Part shown: positions 18,257-25,437 of the stretch, one piece after another
Layout: every line of letters starts with the position of its first letter
Numbering within the stretch: position 1 is the first letter of the stretch
Assembly: GCF_037902255.1 (NCBI RefSeq)
Contig: NZ_CP147990.1
Span: 3,030,001 to 3,062,000, forward strand
Origin: Candidatus Electrothrix sp. GW3-4
GTDB taxonomy: Bacteria > Desulfobacterota > Desulfobulbia > Desulfobulbales > Desulfobulbaceae
DNA: 32,000 bases
Direction of reading: 5' to 3'
Notes under the pieces: generated by a model
What the model was told of the DNA's origin: nothing
The model's input: the letters and a program-made list of their open reading frames with translations, nothing else
Database searches by the model: none
Made by a program: the position numbers and the translations under genes

Positions 18257-18435
18257 CATCCTTCCCTCCCTCCGGGCAGGGAAAGACAACACAGCAGGAA
18301 AAAGTACACCCGGCCTTGAAGCCCGGACATTTCGTCAACACAGCTCTCCGCACCCAGATGTACTGCGTAGAGTTAGAAATAAGAGTTATAAACAAAAGTT
18401 ATAAACGATACTACATTGATCTAGGAGAATACATC

Positions 18436-19233
18436 ATGACAAAGGGTTATATTCCAGCAGCCTTGGCCTTGACCTTGCTGTTGACTGGCCCCACATTCGC
18501 AGAGGAGGCAAAATCTACCCCGATAACTATGGAAGCAGCAGCAGATCTTGCTGGCAAGCCTCTTAAAGGCAAGGTCCTGGAGGTCCAGTCTGCTGGGGGC
18601 TACACCTATCTACTGATAAAAAATGAACAGGGCGAAATCTGGACAGCACTCCCAGAGAGCAAGGTAGAGGCCGGGCAAGAGGTCATTGTTGCCCCGGGCA
18701 TGATGATGAAGGCTTTTGAGTCAAAGGCCTTGGGCAAGACCTTTGATGTTATCATCTTTTCCTCTGGCCTTGCGGACGCAGGTGACATGCAGCAGGCAGT
18801 GACAGGACAAGACCCGCATGCCCCTGAAGGGCCGAAAAAGCCGGTCAGTGAAGCTGAGCTGGCAAAACTTTCCGGTGGTTCTGCCCGGGCTGTTGTTCCT
18901 GCCAATGAGATCAAGGTGGAAAAGGCAGAAGGGAAAAACGCGCAGACAGTTGAGGAGTGCTTTGCCAACGCCGGACAACTCAACAACAAAAAAGTTCGGG
19001 TTCGCGGCAAGGTGGTAAAATTTTCCAGCATGATTATGGGCAAGAACTGGATCCATCTCCAGGATGGCACTGGTGACCCTGCGCAAAAGACCCATGACCT
19101 CGTGGTCACCAGCTCAGGCGAGAGCAAAAAAGGCGCGGTTATCACGATTGAAGGAATCTTGCATAAGGACAAGGACTTTGGCGCTGGTTATCGGTATGCG
19201 GCCATCGTTGAGGAGGCAAAGATCCTGGAATAA
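18436..19233 (+). CDS. Secreted protein with tandem OB-fold-like domains (hypothetical)
   Basis: SD AGGAGA precedes ATG 18436. The signal peptide is MTKGYIPAALALTLLLTGPTFAEE. The C-terminal VRVRGKVVKF...IHLQDGTG...VITIEGIL resembles periplasmic BOF/tRNA_anti-type OB folds. The ORF-track start at 18316 is probably too long. Confidence 0.7.
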   Translation: MTKGYIPAALALTLLLTGPTFAEEAKSTPITMEAAADLAGKPLKGKVLEVQSAGGYTYLLIKNEQGEIWTALPESKVEAGQEVIVAPGMMMKAFESKALGKTFDVIIFSSGLADAGDMQQAVTGQDPHAPEGPKKPVSEAELAKLSGGSARAVVPANEIKVEKAEGKNAQTVEECFANAGQLNNKKVRVRGKVVKFSSMIMGKNWIHLQDGTGDPAQKTHDLVVTSSGESKKGAVITIEGILHKDKDFGAGYRYAAIVEEAKILE

Positions 19234-19405
19234 GCAACATCCTCTGTGATACATCCCCTGCTTTCCCCTGTAGGGGCAAGGCCTGCGTTTCTTCCCTAGA
19301 GAACAGGGCAGATACACAAGTTTCCCCCTACGGTGTCTGGTAGAACAGCTCAAATCTTTTTTGTTGGATACCTCACAGGAGGAGCAAAAGGAACAGGAAA
19401 AGGGC

Positions 19406-19594
19406 ATGACCTTTCATTGCAAAAACTATAATCTTGAAAACGGACAATGTAAACGCTTGTCCGGTGAATGTGTGCCTGCTCGTAAAGGATGCGTTCTTGA
19501 AGGGCGGATAGCCGTAACAGAGGAATTAGCAGAGAGAATTGAAAGGATTAACCAAGAAACCCTGCAGAGATCCCGGAAAAAACAAAAAAAATAA
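19406..19594 (+). CDS. Small Cys-rich protein with a basic tail (hypothetical, 62 aa)
   Basis: MTFHCKNYNLENGQCKRLSGECVPARKGC carries four Cys, followed by a helical segment and RSRKKQKK. The SD is weak. No family recognised. Confidence 0.4.
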   Translation: MTFHCKNYNLENGQCKRLSGECVPARKGCVLEGRIAVTEELAERIERINQETLQRSRKKQKK

Positions 19595-20174
19595 TTTGGC
19601 AAAAGCAAAAATTGATCCAGCCTTGCTTGGTTTTGATTTTGACGGGGTTATCGCTGATACCGCAGAAGTTTTTCTGCGACTGGCCTGTGAAGACTATGGC
19701 CTCTGCGACCTTACCAGCGCAGATATTGTCAATTTCGAGGTGGAGCAATGTCTCGGCCTGACACGGACGCAGGCTGATACCATTTTCACCAAAATCCTTT
19801 TGGATTCCGTGGGAACTGGCTTACAGCCGATGAAAGATGCCATCGAGGTCCTCGGTGAATTAGCAGAGTTGAGCACCATTTCCGTGATCACGGCCCGCCC
19901 TCTTGCAGCTCCGGTACATGATTGGTTGACCGACTTTTTCCCTGCATCCACCTGCAAGGCTATCCGGGTGATTGCCATGGGCGCCCATGATGGCAAACCA
20001 CAATATATTCATGAACAAGGACTCCGCTTTTTTATTGATGATCGCGCTGAAACCTGTGTCCAGTTAAGCAGGGCTGGCGTTCAACCCTTTGTTTTCCATC
20101 AACCCTGGAACCATAATCGTCACCAGCTCCCAGTGGTCGGTTCCTGGCAGGATATCAGGGAGCTCATATCGTAG
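19539..20174 (+). CDS. HAD-superfamily hydrolase, 5'(3')-deoxyribonucleotidase (NT5C)-like
   Basis: HAD motif I is GFDFDGVIADT, motif II VITARP, and the Asp motif FIDDR. There is no in-frame ATG before motif I, so the start is either TTG 19539 or, more likely, TTG 19596 just after the upstream stop. Confidence 0.75.
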   Translation: MKGLTKKPCRDPGKNKKNNLAKAKIDPALLGFDFDGVIADTAEVFLRLACEDYGLCDLTSADIVNFEVEQCLGLTRTQADTIFTKILLDSVGTGLQPMKDAIEVLGELAELSTISVITARPLAAPVHDWLTDFFPASTCKAIRVIAMGAHDGKPQYIHEQGLRFFIDDRAETCVQLSRAGVQPFVFHQPWNHNRHQLPVVGSWQDIRELIS

Positions 20175-20270
20175 CACAGGATTGATATCTCCTGGTAAAT
20201 AGCGAAAAATCCCAGCTGCCCTGTACGCAAGATATAGCCAAAGATATATTTTTTCTTTCCCAAAGAAGAG

Positions 20271-20294
20271 GCAATATATCTCCAGATATATTGC
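20271..20294. promoter_or_regulatory. Perfect palindrome GCAATATATCT-CC-AGATATATTGC, operator-like
   Basis: 11-bp arms read directly, within the AT-rich 310-bp intergenic region upstream of 20484. Confidence 0.5.
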
Positions 20295-20327
20295 AATGAC
20301 AAAAAGATCTCTTTTTTTGTTCTCCAG

Positions 20328-20363
20328 GTATATTTTTTCTCCCTTTTCAGAGAAAAAATATAC
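20328..20363. promoter_or_regulatory. Perfect 13-bp inverted repeat GTATATTTTTTCT-N10-AGAAAAAATATAC
   Basis: Read directly. It shares the ATATAT core with the neighbouring palindrome and with direct copies at 20231 and 20243. Confidence 0.5.
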
Positions 20364-20483
20364 TTCCTCCCACTTTCTTTCTACCTCCAAACCGACCAAG
20401 AATACTTCTTTTTTATCCTTGACAGGTCGGCAACAGAGCAATACCTTGCGATGATTCTTTAAAATTCATACAAGGAGGCCGCC

Positions 20484-20939
20484 ATGCCCGAGCAGACGTT
20501 GATGGAACAGCTTGCTGCAGTACTGAATGTAGAAATCATCTCCCCGATGGAGGGCAACGAAGCCCAGGGACTGCATAAGGCGTTGCCCGGTTATCAGGCA
20601 ATTGTGGATGATGCGGCCCGTTTCGTTCAGGAGCACGGCGAGGCCCTTCATCTGGCCCCTTCTGTCCTTGCCAATCTTGTGGAAGGGTTAGCTGAGGTCA
20701 AGCGGCTTGAACCGGCTGACCGCGCGTTGGAAAAATTACAGCAGTCGGTCTATCACCAACGCCTGCGGGCCACGGACAGGTGCATGGAGGGGCTTTACGA
20801 CACCACCCGTCGTATCCGGGACTTTTCCGAGGCGTATCCTGAGCTTGCTGAGAAAGGGAAGTTTCTTCTTGATTTCATGAAGGTGTTTAAGCCGGGAAGG
20901 AAGAAGGAGAAGAGTGGGGTTGGGGAGAGTAAAGGATAG
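20484..20939 (+). CDS. Hypothetical protein (151 aa, helical, Lys-rich C-terminus)
   Basis: Strong SD AAGGAGG 6 nt upstream of the ATG. Composition resembles the core genome. No family recognised. Confidence 0.7.
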   Translation: MPEQTLMEQLAAVLNVEIISPMEGNEAQGLHKALPGYQAIVDDAARFVQEHGEALHLAPSVLANLVEGLAEVKRLEPADRALEKLQQSVYHQRLRATDRCMEGLYDTTRRIRDFSEAYPELAEKGKFLLDFMKVFKPGRKKEKSGVGESKG

Positions 20940-20964
20940 GGACGGAAAGTACGGTGAATTATCT

Positions 20965-20996
20965 CCGGCAATAATTCCTTGGGGAATTGTTGCCGG
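20965..20996 (+). terminator. Hairpin after gene 20484..20939
   Basis: CCGGCAATAATTCC-TTGG-GGAATTGTTGCCGG forms a 14-bp stem with one mismatch. Only a short T run follows. Confidence 0.45.
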
Positions 20997-21292
20997 GGAG
21001 GTTTGGATCAGTAACCACGGTCTGTAGTCCGCATGACTGTGCGCTTTGAAAAAGAAATGCGATACCGGTGGATTTTCTTTCAATGTTATTCTATAGTTTA
21101 CTTTTTGTCTTTAGCACGATCTAACGTTCTTACCGTTTAAATGTTAATTCAATAGTATAGGAATTTTCATTTTTTCACCTTGATATCATTCATGTTTTTT
21201 TGAAGCCTTGGGCATTCGCTGTTTCAAGTCGTGAGCATGTCGGGGGACTAAAAACCCGCCCGTAGGGCGCTAAGTTCAGCTTTAAGAAGTAT

Positions 21293-21405
21293 GGTAGTCC
21301 TGCAACGAGGCGATGACGCACGATTCCGAATCTCTGGTCTTATACGGTTTTTGGAGTTTGGAACCCATTGTGAAAAATCCACCATCATCTCAATGCAGGA
21401 CTACC
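21293..21405. repeat. 113-bp element with 12-bp terminal inverted repeats and 8-bp direct flanks (MITE-like, or a structured RNA)
   Basis: AGAAGTAT|GGTAGTCCTGCA ... TGCAGGACTACC|AGAAGTAT, read directly. It ends 39 nt upstream of the DUF262 start. Confidence 0.5.
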
Positions 21406-21444
21406 AGAAGTATAACTATGAATATTGATACTAGGGGTTGATTG

Positions 21445-21746
21445 ATGAACGAATTTAAATCACTTGTTGTTGGTACAACGAATACTGAAACTGTAGATAT
21501 TGAGGGCCTTCTAAAAAGATTTGATAGGAATGAGTATAATATTCCTGATTATCAGCGTGACTCAGAGCAATGGGACGAAGTAAAAAAATCTCTTTTTATT
21601 GAATCAATAATAAATAATTTTACGGTTCCCCCTATAATTGTATGTCCTGATTATACAGATGGTGATGAAAAATTTGAACTTGTTGATGGGCAGCAGAGAT
21701 TAACAACATTACTTGATTTTAAAAATGATAATTTTCGACTATGCAA
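21445..21746 (+). pseudogene. DUF262 (ParB-like nuclease, GmrSD N-domain type) protein, 5' fragment, interrupted by an IS
   Basis: IPDYQRDSEQWDEVKKSLFIESI and the ELVDGQQRLTTL (DGQQR) motifs are present. The true reading frame is broken at 21746 by the IS end. The ORF-track tail (NPHSAYPLSISRI) is IS-derived sequence. Confidence 0.85.
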
Positions 21747-21765
21747 CCCACATTCAGCATACCCT

Positions 21766-22380
21766 CTATCCATTTCCAGAATATAATTTTTCATATCTCC
21801 CACCCAACAGCTTCAGCAGACGCAAATGATGTTCATTTAAATTCAGGACCAGCTGTTGCATTCCGCCGACAAGCAGCAGGTGAATTCCTGAAAAAAACTG
21901 AAATACCCAACGAGCAGTAGGGTTAGGGGCAGGTTTTCCTTTCTGGTTGGGAAATGTTTCATTATTTATTTCGAGCGCTTGTCTGATGCGATATTCCAAC
22001 GCGGCGTACACCAGGAGGCAAAGCGTCATAACCATCATCAGGGCCATGATACGTTTTCGGGATTTTAAAAAAAGCGTTGAAGCCATAAACATAGGATCTT
22101 TGAGGAAACGAAAACCCCGTTCAACCTTTTGCTGATCTTTGTACACTTTCAAGAGTTCCTCGTCGGACAATTCTTCGCAGTCCAACTGATTCGTTGCAAG
22201 AATAAAACAGCTTTTTCGTTCCAACAATCGGGTTCTCTCCTGAAGCAGGGAGGCTGGGTTGCCTTCAATGCGGTAAACATAAAAGTCCGGTTTCTTGCCC
22301 TTGGCTGGCCGTCCTTTGCCCTTATGGCGAGGTAAAGCAACAACACGAGCGTCATGAATTGAGAGTATTTTCAGCTTTTT
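21766..22380 (-). CDS. IS1634-family DDE transposase, C-terminal part (the -1 frame)
   Basis: This frame is open from 22380 and reads KKLKILSIHDARVVALPRHKGKGRPAKGKK...FILATNQLD...YKDQQKVERGFRFLKDP. It is contiguous in sense with frame A if one A is skipped. ORF-track ORF 21766..22227 is its TTG-initiated tail. Confidence 0.8.
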   Translation of the reverse strand, partial: KKLKILSIHDARVVALPRHKGKGRPAKGKKPDFYVYRIEGNPASLLQERTRLLERKSCFILATNQLDCEELSDEELLKVYKDQQKVERGFRFLKDPMFMASTLFLKSRKRIMALMMVMTLCLLVYAALEYRIRQALEINNETFPNQKGKPAPNPTARWVFQFFSGIHLLLVGGMQQLVLNLNEHHLRLLKLLGGRYEKLYSGNG

Positions 22381-23408
22381 TCAAAACGGGACAGTGCTTT
22401 CAATGCATCGGCCTCGCAGGCAAAATCCTGTTTGCACAATTTATCGAATTGCTTGGATTCATTTGTGCTCAGCTTGAGGCATTTTTTGTTTACGGTCTTG
22501 CGTCCCCGTTGATATGCTTCAGGCGAATAGACAACCAACCAGCGCTGCCTGACATCGCCATAAACTACCCCGAGACTGCGAGATGCTGCTTTTTCAGGAT
22601 CCTGCATCAGATTTGAAGCTACTTCATGGATGATCTCCTGGGACAGATTCAATGTCTCCGGTACACGGGAAATCCACAATATCATGCTCAGTTCTTTTAA
22701 TGTTTGCGCTGTATAGAGCGCACTATCCGCAACCAGATATTCCAGGCTGAAATCGTTTTTCATCTGATCAATATGCGCTTGCACTGTTTTCCGAAAATCT
22801 GTTTTATCGCTACTGTTACCACTTAACGGCTTCATCAGAAGCGGGATGCCAGCCTGTCGTTCGCAAATGAGCTGCAACACGATCTGGTTCAGATCCGGAC
22901 GATGATCACGGCTGTAGCCTTTTGTGATCCGAATAACACCTTCTTCCTCTTCTGATCCGTTGGCTGGATAGCGACCGTCGGTATGAAAACTCGTTGAATC
23001 CAAGTGACCAAAACGTGCCAGCAGCCCTAGACGACCAATTGCCCTAGCTGCAAGCTGCGAATATAACTCTTCGGGATTATGCTCGTAAATCACTTCTAAG
23101 GCCCGGCCCAAAACAGTATCGTTCAGGTGCTGGGCCTCAATGCCTTCTCCGATGAGTCGATCTACCGGTTTATCCTGGAAAAAATGCGGGGTCAGATACA
23201 ATGCCCGATTCGCAAAGCCCAACCCGTTAAGAACCATTGCCTTAACTGCCTGACCAACTGAGACAACTCGCTTTTCTTTATCCTGATGAATCAGACTGTC
23301 AATCAGCTCCCCAAGTCCGAGTTCGTCATACATACCCGCGACTAGGCCCAAGTGATTGAGGAGTTTACTTGAGCATTCCTGTGGTAAAATCGTTGTGTTG
23401 TTTTCCAT
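22371..23408 (-). CDS. IS1634-family DDE transposase, N-terminal part (frame A)
   Basis: 345 aa. N-terminal LNHLGLVAGMYDELGLGELID (DUF4277-like), then HLDSTSF...GYSRDHRPDLNQIVL, typical of IS1634/IS4 transposases. It stops at a TGA immediately after an A6G run. Confidence 0.85.
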   Translation of the reverse strand: MENNTTILPQECSSKLLNHLGLVAGMYDELGLGELIDSLIHQDKEKRVVSVGQAVKAMVLNGLGFANRALYLTPHFFQDKPVDRLIGEGIEAQHLNDTVLGRALEVIYEHNPEELYSQLAARAIGRLGLLARFGHLDSTSFHTDGRYPANGSEEEEGVIRITKGYSRDHRPDLNQIVLQLICERQAGIPLLMKPLSGNSSDKTDFRKTVQAHIDQMKNDFSLEYLVADSALYTAQTLKELSMILWISRVPETLNLSQEIIHEVASNLMQDPEKAASRSLGVVYGDVRQRWLVVYSPEAYQRGRKTVNKKCLKLSTNESKQFDKLCKQDFACEADALKALSRFEKS

Positions 23409-23495
23409 ACCTGCTGCCTGGTTGATTTATTAAATGTCTTTTTGAGGCAGCAGGTTATAAAATATTTTTTTATGTGTCAACGTGCGGAATGTGGG

Positions 23496-24432
23496 ATGCA
23501 AAGAAGAACTACTCGAATATGCCGACAATGTCAGAGAATTAATACAAAATAAAAAATTCAGTGATTTGCATGATAACATTAAAGATAAAATATTAAATTA
23601 CAAAATAAATATTATAAAGCTACCTCATTCTTTATTTAAAAATCTCGACTTGAAGCTGGAGATTTTCAGAAGAATAAATGAAACTGGCGTTCCATTAAGT
23701 GCTCAAGATTTACGTTTAGCTACTTTTTCTGACTCTAATAGAGTTACCTTTTTAAGGCTTGCTGGGATCTACGATCCTAAAAAGAAAGGTCCAACTCGAA
23801 TGATAAATAATGCTAAAGAAAAACGTAATATTGATTATCCATGGAGTAAAGATTTTAGAAAAAGTTGGCATTCATGGTGGAAAGAGTCTGTATACGCTAC
23901 AGGCCAAAACGCCTCAGAGATGTTTTTGTTTTTTGTTATAGCTAAAGATATCAATTCCATTGAAAATATTCTGGATTCCGAGAAGTCAGTCAAAGAACTA
24001 AAGTTAAAATACAATAAAACTATCGATTCGGTTCTGAATATTTATTGCGCCAGACTACAGGCTGAAGATAGGGCAAATCTTGTTAAGGTTAAAACTCTTC
24101 CATCATTAGATAATTTTAAATCTTGGTTTGATCAGTTTCAGAGATGGTTTCATTTTATTAAAAGCAGCAAAGTTCCTTTGATACAAGCAAAATCAAGGAT
24201 CAAGATTGCTTTGTTTATTGCCGCTGCTTCTGATATTTGGAAATCACCGGACGATGTTACTGATTCTCAGTGGAATCACATCGAGATCCTTCTTCTTCAA
24301 GGTCAATCAAGGATCAAATCATATTTTAATGGTTTTGTTTTAGCCACACCGAGAGGGAAATGGCCTGCACAAGCAAAACAAACAACTGATATTAAAAGAT
24401 TATGTGAGTTGATAAAAGACGATGAATTTTAA
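23496..24432 (+). pseudogene. DUF262 protein, 3' fragment
   Basis: It continues the interrupted frame (..FRL|CKEELLEYADNV..) and contains EIFRRINETGVPLSAQDLRLA, typical of DUF262. Removing the IS and one TSD copy gives one in-frame ORF of about 411 aa. Confidence 0.85.
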
Positions 24433-24451
24433 TTAAAGCAGACTGAATATT

Positions 24452-24832
24452 ATGGCTGATGCCCTTATGACTCGAACATTTCCAACCATATGGAAATGTT
24501 CTTTTTTTCGTCAATCCCTTTCTAAAACTGGTAGAAATTATTATGAATGCCCGATATGTAAAAAACATTTTGACCATACTCAGCTAGATTGTTTGTTTGG
24601 TGATCACATCTGGCCATATTCGCTAATGGGTGAGACGTCGAAGGAGAACTACCAGTTGTTGTGTGGGGCGTGTAATTCAAGAAAAAAAGATTTTGTTAAT
24701 AATGAGGTAAGGAAAATTTTAGGAGATGGCTCTTTCCGTGGAATGGTCCTTCAATACCTAACGAATCATATAGACAGGATCAATGTACCTCATGATATGA
24801 AATTGGAGGATTATATATCTCGCAAACAATAA
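24452..24832 (+). CDS. Small HNH (His-Me finger) endonuclease
   Basis: CPICKK...GDHIWPYSLMGETSKENYQLLCGACNSRKKD gives a Cys pair, a DH catalytic His, N...N, and a second Cys pair. It starts 20 nt after the DUF262 stop and is AT-rich like its neighbour. Confidence 0.8.
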   Translation: MADALMTRTFPTIWKCSFFRQSLSKTGRNYYECPICKKHFDHTQLDCLFGDHIWPYSLMGETSKENYQLLCGACNSRKKDFVNNEVRKILGDGSFRGMVLQYLTNHIDRINVPHDMKLEDYISRKQ

Positions 24833-24919
24833 GGGACGGTCCCTTGATTTCCTTTTACAAACATCCACCCAACAAAAATAGGGGACGTTCCCCGTTAAAA
24901 AATCAAGATAGAAGACAGC

Positions 24920-25363
24920 ATGAAAAGAAAAAAGCAACGATCGAAAAAGAAAAATACTGCTCAAGCGAAGCTTATAAAAAAAATGCGGGCTTCTGGCAAA
25001 AAGGTTGCTGTAAATCCAAAAGGTATAGAAAGGATGTCAGAGGTAATAGAAAATTTTGCAGAACCTCTTTTAGCAGATTGTAGAAGCGATGATGATATTA
25101 AAAAAGCCATACAATTTGCGGTGATAGTATGGAATCTGTCAATGCTCCCTAAAGACCAGCAAGACAAGAAAATCCAGGAGCTTGTCGATACTTTATCCAC
25201 GCCCAGTAATACTGATCAAAGCAATCAGGCAAAACTTTATATTAACTCGTTAATCACTCGAAAAAAGGAGATGTTTCCACACATTCAAAGAACTGTCATT
25301 GATTATCAATTTTCAGGAGCTGGTTCAAATCTTCGTCTTGATATTGCGTCTAAAGATCGATAA
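24920..25363 (+). CDS. Hypothetical protein with a highly basic N-terminus (147 aa)
   Basis: MKRKKQRSKKKN leader, then MSEVIENFAEPLL...AIQFAVIVWNLSMLP. AT-rich island composition. No family assigned with confidence. Confidence 0.6.
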   Translation: MKRKKQRSKKKNTAQAKLIKKMRASGKKVAVNPKGIERMSEVIENFAEPLLADCRSDDDIKKAIQFAVIVWNLSMLPKDQQDKKIQELVDTLSTPSNTDQSNQAKLYINSLITRKKEMFPHIQRTVIDYQFSGAGSNLRLDIASKDR

Positions 25364-25437
25364 GATACCCAAAAAATAAGCAACGTGATTACTTACCCAT
25401 CCGTCCCAGCTCATCTATTAATACATAAAAAAATAAC

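Larger units (their letters stand above)
21747..23495 (-). mobile_element. IS1634/IS4-type insertion sequence (1749 bp)
   Basis: Terminal inverted repeats are CCCACATTCAGCA (left) and TGCGGAATGTGGG (right). A 6-bp direct target duplication ATGCAA lies at 21741-21746 and 23496-23501. The transposase ORFs fill the interior. Confidence 0.85.

Noticed and set aside
20064-20441. 125-aa minus-strand ORF spanning the AT-rich spacer and the HAD gene 3' end.
   Set aside because: It overlaps a supported gene, and its sequence is dominated by translation of the AT-rich palindromes (KEKIYL-type repeats). It is likely spurious.
20736-21083. 115-aa minus-strand ORF at the island's left edge.
   Set aside because: It overlaps the 3' end of gene 20484..20939 and its terminator hairpin. 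It has no SD and a low-complexity Pro/Leu-rich sequence.
21285-21413. Retron msr/msd interpretation of the inverted-repeat element.
   Set aside because: No reverse transcriptase gene is present anywhere in the window. The identical 8-bp direct flanks fit a transposition footprint better. The ncRNA reading is kept only as an alternative in the findings.
24844-25083. 79-aa plus-strand ORF overlapping the start of 24920..25363.
   Set aside because: It is an alternative frame of the same region. The Lys/Arg-rich translation comes from A-rich DNA, and the longer ORF with a coherent helical domain is preferred.
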